Shown: positions 1 to 9,542, counted from the stretch's first letter. The stretch: DNA of 64,000 bases from Balanoglossus misakiensis (GCA_040954595.2 JBECUI020000030.1:186001-250000), one strand, 5' to 3'. Notes: generated by a model from the sequence alone, not told the origin. A program made the numbers and translations.

Positions 1-167
1 GAAAAAAGAAATATTTGCTGGGTTGCTATTGCTATGCTTTGCTGTTATTGCAACTGCCAAACAATACTCCCTGAAAACGGTATTACATTTGTAAGGGTTT
101 TTTTTTCGTGCGATAAAGGGTGTTGCTTTCTTTAAGAAATGTGCTGTTTTTTATGAAGGGCATGGGG

Positions 168-875
168 AAACTTCAAGCAAAGGGGCAGATTTTGTGGTAG
201 TTATTGATACCGCCCCTTGAAGGGTGGGGGTTGTGGATGGGGGCTTATACATAAATTTTAAGTATAATTTTAAGTAAAAAATTATCAGAAGAAACCACCC
301 TACAAGATCAATTCCTTCGCTCAAACCTCAAGCAAACTGCCACTTTTTGTGGTAGTTATTGATACCGCCCCTTGAAGGGTGGGGGCTGTGGATGGCGGAG
401 CTCATACAAAAAAAACTACTTAACATTTGTGTAGTAGTTTAACAGGGGTACACGGAGATTCTTGTGTGCCGGCCGGGCAAAGGTTCAAGCAAACAGCCAC
501 TTTTTGTGGTAATTATTGATACCACCCCTGATGGGTGGGGGTTGTGGATGGCGGGGCTTATACATAAATTTTAAGTATAATTTTAAGTAAAAAATTATCA
601 GAAGAAAGCACCCTACAAGATCAATCCCTTCGCACAAACTTCAAGCAAAGGCACGGATTTCGCAGTAATTCTTAATACCGCCCCTGATGGGTGGGGGTTG
701 TGGATGGCGGAGTTCATACATAAATTTTAAGTATAATTTTAAGTAAAAATTATCAGAAGAAAGCACCCTACAAGATCAATTCCCACGCTCAAACTTCAAG
801 CAAAGGCACGGATTTCGCAGTAATTCTTAATACCGCCCCTGATTAAGTGGGGTTGTGGATGGCGGGGCTTATACA
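168..875 (+). repeat. Tandem array of five ~85-bp palindromic cores (168-251, 323-408, 480-564, 636-720, 791-875), period ~155 bp, separated by two reused ~70-bp linker types (A,B,A,A)
   Basis: Core consensus aaacttcaagcaaa...cagta/ggtag..ataccgcccc(t)tga(a/t)gggtggggg(t/c)tgtggatggcggggcttataca is read five times; linker A (aattttaagta x2...caccctacaagatcaat) three times; linker B (aaactact...agtagttt) once. Confidence 0.95.
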
Positions 876-946
876 AAAAAAGTAGATGAAATAATAAATG
901 GAAACCCATCACAAAACTTCACCTACTCCTTCTACATACAAAGCAA

Positions 947-970
947 ACCCCTCTCCTTGGTGGAAAGGGG
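947..970 (-). terminator. Probable intrinsic terminator of the giant lipoprotein gene
   Basis: Imperfect hairpin cccctctcc-ttggt-ggaaagggg ~20 bp after the stop, followed by tttgctttg on the minus strand. Confidence 0.5.
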
Positions 971-988
971 CTAGAGCATATTTTGTAC

Positions 989-3900
989 TTATTCTTCCTT
1001 ATACTCGGGCTGATCACCAAAGTAGCGTTTGTCATCCGTATCCCAAAGGTTCGGTGCTTTGCCGTTCCCCAACCAGACCCAGTCTCCCAAATGCTCATCT
1101 GTTCCTCCTGTGCTCTGATGAATGGTAAACCCATTTGTATTCGTAAAGAGTTGTGTACCGGCAGTTGTGGTGGTAGAATCGCCATCGTCGTCCCAGTAGG
1201 TATACGGATCGTCGGTTGTGCCCAACCCTCGTCTTTCAAGATTTCTCTCACTGCTGAGTGGTCCATATTCTGCATCTACCAAAGCTCTATCCACCGTTTT
1301 GAAGGCTCGATTAGCAGCTAATCCAGTAGTTGCGGTACTAAAATAGCCGTATGCTTCTTGATTGTATGCATACCATACTCCACCTGCTAACCCTGCGATA
1401 TTTCCTCGCGCAGCCCCTGTTCTTGTAATAAAGGAAAGACCTGTCAGTACTTTAGAAGCCTCAAGGGTTCCGGCTAATCCACCACCGGAGTTATGATGTT
1501 GTAAGTCTATCGTGGCAGTGCTATATCCAGTAATATTCGAGCCCGACCAACCCGCACCTACTAGTCCCCCGAGGTTATAGACCCCGCTCACTGTTCCTCG
1601 TGAATAGCCGTAGGTGTTCCCGTGTGTACCTCCTACTAGTCCTCCTACATGGTGAGAACCAGTAATATTTCCAAGCGAGTAGCCAATAGTACGAGAATTA
1701 TTTACGTATCCTACAAGCCCTCCTACATCATCTCCTCCATAGACATCTCCGCTTGTCCACCCCTCAATATTCGCATTTATGGACCAACCAACAAGTCCGC
1801 CAACGATATTATTTGATCCACTCACATTTCCGCCATTTTCTCCCCTGTACAAACTCATGCCATTACTGTATCCCATTATGCCCCCGGCATAGGCGCCAGT
1901 GCTATTGCTCACCAAAGTTGCTGAACCGGTTGTGCTTACAACGTTTTGCGGTTTCGTTACCCGAATATGAATGGATTCTACGGTCCCACTTCTTCCTTCC
2001 CCTGCAAGAACCCCTGCTCCCGCCCGTGCTCTCACTGAAGGATCAATAAAAACAAGATTGCTTGCAACATTTCCCGTAGCTACCCCGAAGAGTCCTGCTC
2101 GAATTCTGGTTACATCGTCTATGACAAAGTTTCGAATAACATATCCTGTTCCTCCGCTCAAACTTCCCGTAAAGGTCGTCGTTGTATCTCCAACTGGAAT
2201 AAATCCGGTAGTTGCCAGTCCGATTGTTCCCTTAGTTGGAAAGTCGATATCCGATTTCAGTTCGTATGCACCATCCAGCTTGTCTGCCATTGCCTGAAGG
2301 TCTCGCCATGTGTAAATATCCCCGTCCCCACTCTTTGCTATCGAAATTGTCTTACTGTCGGAATTACTCCCGTCGGTTACACTGATCGTTATCTGAACCG
2401 TTGTTATTCCGCTCAAGGCCGCCCAGTTCCAATCAATGCTTTGCTGATTTGCTCCTATCGGACCTATGCCGACATTCCCTGCCGTATCTACCGTAACCGT
2501 ATCTGCTGTATCTGCGCTATCGTACAAGGTATTGCTTCCATCTTCTATCACCAGCCTTGCTGTTATTCCCGTTCCAGTACTATCTGCAAGACTAACAAGG
2601 AACGGATTGGCAATATCTCCTATGCTAAAGTATGCCTGTGATGCTACATTAAAGTTTCCTTTGTATATCAGATTACTGTCTCCGACATAGAGATACAGAT
2701 CAACTGATTGTTCCACATAGTTGTCCGTGGAGAGGGTAACGTGCAGTTGGTATCCACCCGGAACGGTGGTATCATCCACCGTTATTTCCCCCGTTCCTGC
2801 ATTGATACTTATACCCGAGATAGAAGGAGTCATGCTGTATCCTATTGTTCCGCTATCGGCGGGAATGTCATTTGTTTGCAGTGAATAACTCGTTGTGCTT
2901 CCGGTATTTCCCGGTGCTCGGGCAAGAATGCCGTAAGCGAATGCATTGTCGGGAAGTGAAATTTTTGCTACCGTTCCTGAAAGAACTGCCATTATGGCAC
3001 CGCTATAGCTACTATTGCTCGCTTCTATCCGGATCTCATATATTCCAGCTTGTGCAGTGGTACTCATTGTTATTATCCCAGCTGCATCGATTGTTATTAT
3101 CCCTGTATAAGAGGGAATATCAATGTCGTTTCGGCGTACCGATGTAATACGGTAACTCAAGAGATCGGCTGTTAATCCGCTTGGCAGATCTACCACCGTT
3201 GGCGTGTAGGTTTTTGGATCTGCATCGTTATACGGATGATCAATAACCGGATAACTCATGGAGCCGGTTATGGCATTTGCTTCCACAACAGTAATAACAA
3301 GGTCGGTAGTAAGTGTTCCGCCATAATTGCTGGTTGTCGGGGTTGCAGTTACCCGAACCGGATATGTTGCAGGTAAAAGCGAATCCGCTACCTGTATTGT
3401 TCCGTCTACATCAATGCTTATACCAACGGGAAGACTACCTGAAAGGGCAGTAATGCTATACGTCGCAGCCGCTGCAGAAGGAATGGTATTTACACTCGGA
3501 TGATAGGATTGCGCAACGCCCTCTCGTGCATCGGCAAGGGGTCCGTATTCCATGCGGTAATTGCTTAGCTGGATTGCTGTTATTCTTACCTCTGCATTGA
3601 CAATTATTTCTCCCCAATAGTTGTTACGGGTTATTCTCGTCTCTATCTGATATGTGCCTGCTGGAACAAAACCGGCTATGCCTAATCTTCCATCGTCCCC
3701 TCTGTCCCCCCCTTGGTCAAAATCCTGAACTGAAAATCCTGATTGTTGTGGGGTAACACTGTGCAGGTAATAGTTCCAATCAGATGCTCTGGTAATCGCC
3801 TCAAGGGTGTCTTTGCGTAAAATCACATTGCCCCCCACCCCGTAGACTTTCGAAATGGGTTGATCGTAATATGGCAGGTCAGCTACCGGTATATTAAGGA

Positions 3901-6900
3901 CTCTTTGCGTTTGCACAGCCACTGATGCAGGTGATTCTGCTCCCTCATTTCGGGCAATGACCGTTATGCTATAGATTGTATCAGGGTCTAACCCCGTTAT
4001 GGTATACGACAAGACATTTCCCACCTCTTGCTGTCCACTTCCCCACGAAAGTGTATATCCAATTATTGTTGCCTGTCCTCCACCAAGAAGCATGCCCGGA
4101 TCAGTTGGTTCGCTCCAATCAACCGTTAGTCGGTACGTTCCATCCGTATCGACTGCTACAAAATTTACAGTTCCTATGCGTGGTGCAGTGGGTGCAGTAG
4201 GTGCCTGAATGACAGTCAGGGTTATCCTGTCTGTTTTGCTGCTATCAAGTACCGAAACGACTGTTACTTCAATTGTTCCCGGTGACACCGTAGTTACTAG
4301 CCCATCAGTGCCTATGGTAGCAACCGTTTCTCCGGCTACAGTAGGATTCTCGTTTTCTACTCCCCACTGTACTCCGTGATCACTGATATTTTCAGCTACG
4401 AATGATGCTAGCAATGCAAGGGTATTTGAAGTGAATAGACCCTCTTGGGTCAACTCACTGCCATCTGCCTTGATTATCCGAATACTGTCGATCCCGTTTG
4501 CCTTCAGAGTTACCTCGGCAGACCAGTTACTCATCAGAGATGGAATAATACTGTTTACTGCCCTAATTTGTACATCATATTCTTTTGCTTCTGCTAAACT
4601 ACTGAGGGTAATGCTCGGTGTATCCGAATCAACCTCTGTCCACGTGCTTGTTCCATGCAAACGATACTGAATATTGTACTTGCTTGCAACTAAACTCCCA
4701 TCAACATCCTTCCCCTGAACCGCATCCCAGGTAATCTTTAATGCTCCAAATCCCTGTTCTGTCAGATCTTTTACCACATTAGCGACACTTGGTGGTGCTT
4801 CTGCCTGCGAATCTACAGTCAGAGTTATCCTGTCTGTTTTGCTGGTATCAAGTACCGAAACGACTGTTACTTCAATTGTTCCTGATGATACTGCAGTTAC
4901 TACTCCATCAGTACTTATGCTTGCAACCGTTTCTCCGGCTACAGTAGGATTCTCGTTTTCTACTCCCCACTGTACTCCACGATCACTAATATTTTCTGCT
5001 ACCAGATCTGCTGACAGTGCTAGAGTATTGGGAATTAATATGGTTCTATCCACTTCGGTTAACTCACTGCCATCTGCCTTGATTATCCGAATGCTCCCGA
5101 TTCCGTTTGCCTTCAGAGTTATCACTGAAGACCAGTTACTCGTCAAATATGTAACCAAACTGTTCACTGCCCTGATTTGTACATCGTACTCTTCTGCACC
5201 TGCTAAACTACTGAGGGTAATGCTCGGTGTATCCGAATCAACCTCTGTCCACGTGGTTGTTCCATGCAAACGATACTGAATATTGTACTTGCTTGCAACC
5301 AAACTTCCATCAATATCCTTCCCCTGAACCGCATCCCAGGTTATCTTTAATGCTCCCAATCCCTGTTCTGTCAGATCTTTTGCCACATTAGCGACACTTG
5401 GGGGTGCTTCTGCCTGCGAATCTTCGGTGCGTATCGGCAATACGGGGCTTTGTACCGAAATATCAATACTCGTTGCGGTAATGATCGCAAAGTAGTTGCT
5501 CTCCGGATTCAAGCCCCCTATGAGTATACTCCAGGTATTTCCTGATAATGTCGGTGTATGTTTGTTTCCTTCACTGATAAGATCAGTTTCACTAGTCGAG
5601 AGATAGACACGGTAGGTCAGTGGTACAGACGTAATGCTCTCCCAGTTAAAATCTATACTTGTCCTTGTTACCCTTGGAGTAATGGTTCCAAAACCGGGAA
5701 CATCGATTGTTATTTCTACTCTCTTCGTATCGTCTGCATCAGCTACTGCTTGCACAGTGCTACTGCCGTCTGATAAGGCTGTTACCAGTCCATTGCTCAC
5801 CCGAATGATGCTCGGATCACCGCTTGTCCAGAGAACATTCCTATTCTCCACATTGACCCAAGTATCACTTGGAATCTGAAGCTGTGTACTGGTTCCGACT
5901 GGGACCGTCAATGTCGCAACCGCACCGTTGGCATCATGGATAACAAGATCACGGATTCCGTTTGCCGGAAATGGTCCTGCCACGCTCCACTCGCTTGCCA
6001 ATGTCTGATTACTACTATTGAGTGCACGTATCCGGACTTCATAGTTCTCTGTTCCATCAAGTCCACTGAGTGTTTTGCTGAGATTCTCTTCAATCGCTAC
6101 AGCACTGATCCAGTCTATTGCTCCCACCTTTCTGTATGCCACTTCGTAACTACTTGCAACAAAGTTTCCTGCAGTATCGGTCCCTTGTCGATCTTCCTGT
6201 GTCCAGGTAATTTTGAGTGTTCCAATCGTTTTTTCACCCAGATCCTTTCTAATCTCATTGACTTCTCCGGGGTTTGTTGCTTCAACTCCTGCAGTGCTTA
6301 CTATGAGTAGTTCACTGTTTTCATCTATGCTATTTCCGGTTACGGTTACCACAATATAATAAGTGCTACGTGGACTTAATCCGCCCATGGTTATCGTCTC
6401 TTTGCCTTCACTCGAAACGGGGGAGAGAGACAATCGATTGGCTTCCTGTATCACTTCCTCAGCTGTCGTACTGACCGTGGTTGTTCGGTAGACTGCATAA
6501 CTGACACTCGGGATACTGTGCCAACTGAGAACAATTGACCCGGCAGCAGAAGTAAAAAGCACATTGAGTTTCGGTACAGTAATACGTACCGTATCGCTCT
6601 TGCTGTCGTCTGCCTCTGCGGTTGCAGTAATTATTGCTTCGCCACTTCCGACTACTGCTATCCTTCCTGTATCCGTTATTGTTACGACCGTATTACTACT
6701 ACTCTCCCAGAGTACCCTTGTATTTGCCACATTCACGAATGTTCCTGCTGCAAGGCTGAGTCTCGTCGTCTGTCCAAGACCGAGATCAAGCTCTGTAATC
6801 GAATTTCCGTCTATATCCTGTATGACAAAGGGTTTGATTCCATTTGCAAGAAAGGGTCCTGTCACGCTCCAATCGCCTGCCAATGTCTGATCACTGCTAT

Positions 6901-9016
6901 TGAGTGCACGTATCCGGACTTCATAGTTCTCTGTTTCATCAAGTCCACTGAATGTTCTGCTGAGAGCCTCTCCAACCGGTACGACGGGGGCACTGATCCA
7001 GTCTATTGTTCCCACTTTTCTGTATTCCACTTCGTAGAGGCTTGCAACAAAGTTTCCTGTAGTATTAGTTCCTTGTCGATCTTCTTGTGTCCACGTAATT
7101 GTGAGTGATCCTATCGTTTTTTCACTCAGATTCTTTTTAATCTCATTGACTTCTCCGGGATTTGTTGCTTGAACACTGTTCGTAGTTATCGTGAGAAGGG
7201 AACTCATTTCATTGATTACTCCACCAATGAGTGTTACGACAACATAATAGTCGGTTTGTGGATTGAGTCCATCTATTGTCACTGTCTCGGTTCCATCACT
7301 GCTTGTCGGGGTGAGTGATACTCGATTTGCTTGCTGTACCACCGATTCTGCGCTCGTGCTTGCAGTGCTTGTTCGGTAAACCTCATACTGCACACCGGGA
7401 ACACTGTGCCAACTCAGAGTAATTGCACGGGCTGATGCAATGCCCTCAATCTGTACAGGGGGAACCGTAATAACTACCGAATCAGTGTTGCTTGGATCTG
7501 CTCCGGCTGTTGCGCTTATACTGACATTCCCACTTCCTACTGCATGGATCCTTCCTGCATCCGTTACCGTTACAATGCTCTCATCTGTACTTGCCCAACG
7601 AACTTCCGTATTCTCAACGTTGACAAATGTTCCTGCTGAAAGAATGAGTGTGTATTGATTTCCCAGTGTTATGGTATGTCGTTCTATGGCATTGCCTCCT
7701 CCATCTTGTATGACAAAGGGTTTGATTCCATTTGCAGCAAGCGTTACTTCCTCGCTCCATCCGCTTATCAGAGTATCGTTGGTACTGTTTACTGCCTGTA
7801 TCCGTATGAGATACTCCGCTGCTTCATCCAATTCAGTTAGGGTAACAGTCGGGTTTCCACTTGTCGGCGAGGAAACAGACTCGTTCTTCCATTCTGTGGT
7901 ACCGAATTTGCGGTACTGTACGGTATAAATACTTGGCACATGGTTCCCATCTATGTCCGTTCCTTGCACGTCTTTCCAGCTGAATGCAAGTGATCCTCTT
8001 GTTTTTTCACTGAGCAACTTTGTTATGGACGAAACAATCTCAGGAGCACGCTCTCCTGATGCTTGGGTTTCGATTGAGAGAATACCGCTGTTTTCAACAA
8101 TCTCCCCTCCTGTTGCGGTTACGGTAATATAATAGGTCATTGCTGCAGTCAGACCATCGATGTATAGACTCCATTCATTGAGTAGCGAGTCAAATATCGC
8201 TGCGTCCTGTTTGTTCGCATCATCTATCAGGATATCAACCGTGGAAGGGGCTTCGGTACTGAGATAGACACTGTATGTCAAATCAGGAGCAATCGGGTTC
8301 CAGCTCAGATTGATTGCAGTTGATGAGACATCTCTTGTTATGGTCAATGGTGCAACAGAGGTTTGAATGCGTTCCGGTGCAGTGATGATGGTTGATCGTC
8401 CGTTATTGTATCGTACACTTACGGCAACAGAATACTCAACTTGTGGCTCTAATCCTGATATGGTATGACTGACTTTTGAGGCATCATCAATCAGGATTTC
8501 TTGTGTTTCTCCACCAGCTGGGGTCAGATGAATAGTATATCCGGTTGGCTGTTGTACAAGATTGTTTGGTGCATTCCATGTAACTGTAATTTCGTTAGAA
8601 GGATTATTACCCGGTAGAGTAGCAATGTTGTCAGCGGTACTTCCTGCATCAACAACATCACCGGTTGCGGGAAGAGTGATTTGAACGACCGGAGAAGAAG
8701 ACTCACCCGAAACAGTGGAAACTTCTACTGTATAGATGGTATTTGGTGCAAACAGTAATCCTTCAAATGTATGAGAAGGAGATGTTGCCGTTACTTCGGC
8801 AATAATGTCCTGATTGGGATCCCTGATGATAACAGAATAAGAATGTTCACCAGTAGTGGGTGCTTGCCAGGAAACGGTAATAGAGTCCCCTGCACGAAAA
8901 TGTGCAGAAAGTGCATTGACAGGATCTGGAATATTTCCTGAAGTGGCAGTTCCACCACAGGAAAAAACAAAAGCAAAGAAAACAACAAGTGTTGTTGCAA
9001 TAAGAACTGAACGCAT
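989..9016 (-). CDS. Giant (~2675 aa) surface lipoprotein/adhesin: many fibronectin type III and Big_2 Ig-like domains, C-terminal GLUG-repeat region
   Basis: ATG at 9016 with GGAGGT RBS (9021-9026); signal peptide ending in lipobox VFSC; FN3 motifs (ITVSW...Y.V.V.A.N); Big_2 motifs (VRWASTDESIVTVTDAGRIHAVGSG); C-terminal LQAM..LDGAYEL..DIDF, GFIPVG, GLFG and repeated GGLVG. Confidence 0.9.
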   Translation of the reverse strand: MRSVLIATTLVVFFAFVFSCGGTATSGNIPDPVNALSAHFRAGDSITVSWQAPTTGEHSYSVIIRDPNQDIIAEVTATSPSHTFEGLLFAPNTIYTVEVSTVSGESSSPVVQITLPATGDVVDAGSTADNIATLPGNNPSNEITVTWNAPNNLVQQPTGYTIHLTPAGGETQEILIDDASKVSHTISGLEPQVEYSVAVSVRYNNGRSTIITAPERIQTSVAPLTITRDVSSTAINLSWNPIAPDLTYSVYLSTEAPSTVDILIDDANKQDAAIFDSLLNEWSLYIDGLTAAMTYYITVTATGGEIVENSGILSIETQASGERAPEIVSSITKLLSEKTRGSLAFSWKDVQGTDIDGNHVPSIYTVQYRKFGTTEWKNESVSSPTSGNPTVTLTELDEAAEYLIRIQAVNSTNDTLISGWSEEVTLAANGIKPFVIQDGGGNAIERHTITLGNQYTLILSAGTFVNVENTEVRWASTDESIVTVTDAGRIHAVGSGNVSISATAGADPSNTDSVVITVPPVQIEGIASARAITLSWHSVPGVQYEVYRTSTASTSAESVVQQANRVSLTPTSSDGTETVTIDGLNPQTDYYVVVTLIGGVINEMSSLLTITTNSVQATNPGEVNEIKKNLSEKTIGSLTITWTQEDRQGTNTTGNFVASLYEVEYRKVGTIDWISAPVVPVGEALSRTFSGLDETENYEVRIRALNSSDQTLAGDWSVTGPFLANGIKPFVIQDIDGNSITELDLGLGQTTRLSLAAGTFVNVANTRVLWESSSNTVVTITDTGRIAVVGSGEAIITATAEADDSKSDTVRITVPKLNVLFTSAAGSIVLSWHSIPSVSYAVYRTTTVSTTAEEVIQEANRLSLSPVSSEGKETITMGGLSPRSTYYIVVTVTGNSIDENSELLIVSTAGVEATNPGEVNEIRKDLGEKTIGTLKITWTQEDRQGTDTAGNFVASSYEVAYRKVGAIDWISAVAIEENLSKTLSGLDGTENYEVRIRALNSSNQTLASEWSVAGPFPANGIRDLVIHDANGAVATLTVPVGTSTQLQIPSDTWVNVENRNVLWTSGDPSIIRVSNGLVTALSDGSSTVQAVADADDTKRVEITIDVPGFGTITPRVTRTSIDFNWESITSVPLTYRVYLSTSETDLISEGNKHTPTLSGNTWSILIGGLNPESNYFAIITATSIDISVQSPVLPIRTEDSQAEAPPSVANVAKDLTEQGLGALKITWDAVQGKDIDGSLVASKYNIQYRLHGTTTWTEVDSDTPSITLSSLAGAEEYDVQIRAVNSLVTYLTSNWSSVITLKANGIGSIRIIKADGSELTEVDRTILIPNTLALSADLVAENISDRGVQWGVENENPTVAGETVASISTDGVVTAVSSGTIEVTVVSVLDTSKTDRITLTVDSQAEAPPSVANVVKDLTEQGFGALKITWDAVQGKDVDGSLVASKYNIQYRLHGTSTWTEVDSDTPSITLSSLAEAKEYDVQIRAVNSIIPSLMSNWSAEVTLKANGIDSIRIIKADGSELTQEGLFTSNTLALLASFVAENISDHGVQWGVENENPTVAGETVATIGTDGLVTTVSPGTIEVTVVSVLDSSKTDRITLTVIQAPTAPTAPRIGTVNFVAVDTDGTYRLTVDWSEPTDPGMLLGGGQATIIGYTLSWGSGQQEVGNVLSYTITGLDPDTIYSITVIARNEGAESPASVAVQTQRVLNIPVADLPYYDQPISKVYGVGGNVILRKDTLEAITRASDWNYYLHSVTPQQSGFSVQDFDQGGDRGDDGRLGIAGFVPAGTYQIETRITRNNYWGEIIVNAEVRITAIQLSNYRMEYGPLADAREGVAQSYHPSVNTIPSAAAATYSITALSGSLPVGISIDVDGTIQVADSLLPATYPVRVTATPTTSNYGGTLTTDLVITVVEANAITGSMSYPVIDHPYNDADPKTYTPTVVDLPSGLTADLLSYRITSVRRNDIDIPSYTGIITIDAAGIITMSTTAQAGIYEIRIEASNSSYSGAIMAVLSGTVAKISLPDNAFAYGILARAPGNTGSTTSYSLQTNDIPADSGTIGYSMTPSISGISINAGTGEITVDDTTVPGGYQLHVTLSTDNYVEQSVDLYLYVGDSNLIYKGNFNVASQAYFSIGDIANPFLVSLADSTGTGITARLVIEDGSNTLYDSADTADTVTVDTAGNVGIGPIGANQQSIDWNWAALSGITTVQITISVTDGSNSDSKTISIAKSGDGDIYTWRDLQAMADKLDGAYELKSDIDFPTKGTIGLATTGFIPVGDTTTTFTGSLSGGTGYVIRNFVIDDVTRIRAGLFGVATGNVASNLVFIDPSVRARAGAGVLAGEGRSGTVESIHIRVTKPQNVVSTTGSATLVSNSTGAYAGGIMGYSNGMSLYRGENGGNVSGSNNIVGGLVGWSINANIEGWTSGDVYGGDDVGGLVGYVNNSRTIGYSLGNITGSHHVGGLVGGTHGNTYGYSRGTVSGVYNLGGLVGAGWSGSNITGYSTATIDLQHHNSGGGLAGTLEASKVLTGLSFITRTGAARGNIAGLAGGVWYAYNQEAYGYFSTATTGLAANRAFKTVDRALVDAEYGPLSSERNLERRGLGTTDDPYTYWDDDGDSTTTTAGTQLFTNTNGFTIHQSTGGTDEHLGDWVWLGNGKAPNLWDTDDKRYFGDQPEYKEE
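4212..5423 (-). repeat. Recent intragenic tandem duplication (~603-609 bp, FN3+Big_2 module)
   Basis: 4212-4814 and 4815-5423 are near-identical in DNA (SQAEAPPSVANV.KDLTEQG...KTDRITLTV twice). Confidence 0.9.
5937..7736 (-). repeat. Intragenic ~885-bp repeats (Big_2+FN3+FN3 module)
   Basis: tgtatgacaaagggtttgattccatttgca at 6819 and 7707; tgagtgcacgtatccggacttcatagttctc at ~6020 and ~6902; NGIKPFVIQD/NGIRDLVIHD and ATNPGEVNEI recur. Confidence 0.85.
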
Positions 9017-9050
9017 CGCAACCTCCAAGCGTAAAAGAAAGTATATAGAT

Positions 9051-9079
9051 AGTATAGTAAAAAACAGCAAAAAAGTCAA
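9051..9079 (-). promoter_or_regulatory. Sigma70 promoter of the giant lipoprotein gene
   Basis: TTGACT (9079-9074) - 17 bp - TATACT (9056-9051) on the minus strand. Confidence 0.8.
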
Positions 9080-9100
9080 GTAAAATCGTAAAAGTCGAAG

Positions 9101-9121
9101 CCCCCCCCCCCCCCCCCCCCC
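9101..9121 (-). repeat. Homopolymeric G21 tract (C21 on + strand), candidate phase-variation contingency locus
   Basis: 21 consecutive C, separated from the -35 hexamer by 21 bp. Confidence 0.9.
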
Positions 9122-9303
9122 TAAAAACTCATTAAGAGGAGTTTTTTGAGAGGTGCAAATGTGATATTATAGAGAAAAACTGCCTCAATATGTCTTATTT
9201 TGGAGATTCACTCCAGGTAATTTTAGTGAAAATATTCTTGCACGGTGCTCAATTCTTTTGCACTTTTTAAAGAAAAAAAGATTTTTTTATAAAAGGTATG
9301 GAT

Positions 9304-9542
9304 AAACCTCAATCAAACAGGCAGATTTTGCAGTAGTACGTTATACCGCCCCTGATGGGTGGGGGCTGTGGATGGCGCGGCTTATACAAAAAACTACTTA
9401 ACATCTGTGTAGTAGTTTAGCCGGGGAGCACGGCGATTCTTGTGTGCCGGCAGGGCAAAGGCTCAAGCAAACAGCCATATTTCGCAGTAGTACGTTATAC
9501 CGCCCCTGATGGGTGGGGGTTGTGGATGGCGGGGCTTATACA
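9304..9542 (+). repeat. Second array of the same element: two cores (9304-9388, 9458-9542) with a type-B linker
   Basis: Same core and linker B as in 168-875, same orientation; the upstream flank (~9259-9303) resembles ~123-167. Confidence 0.95.

Noticed and set aside
168-875. CRISPR array
   Set aside because: Repeats are ~85 bp and degenerate, the 'spacers' are two reused sequences, and there are no cas genes in the window
4212-5423. Diversity-generating retroelement TR/VR pair
   Set aside because: Both copies are in-frame coding modules, differences are not adenine-specific, and no reverse transcriptase is present
9017-9079. ORF-track start at 9079 for the giant protein
   Set aside because: That TTG is the -35 hexamer; the ATG at 9016 has an RBS and gives a proper lipoprotein signal
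898-9083. Many short plus-strand and alternative-frame ORFs over the giant gene
   Set aside because: Shadow ORFs of a long coding sequence, with no RBS or motifs
168-9542. Composite transposon or intact IS
   Set aside because: No transposase ORF, terminal inverted repeats or target-site duplication could be identified
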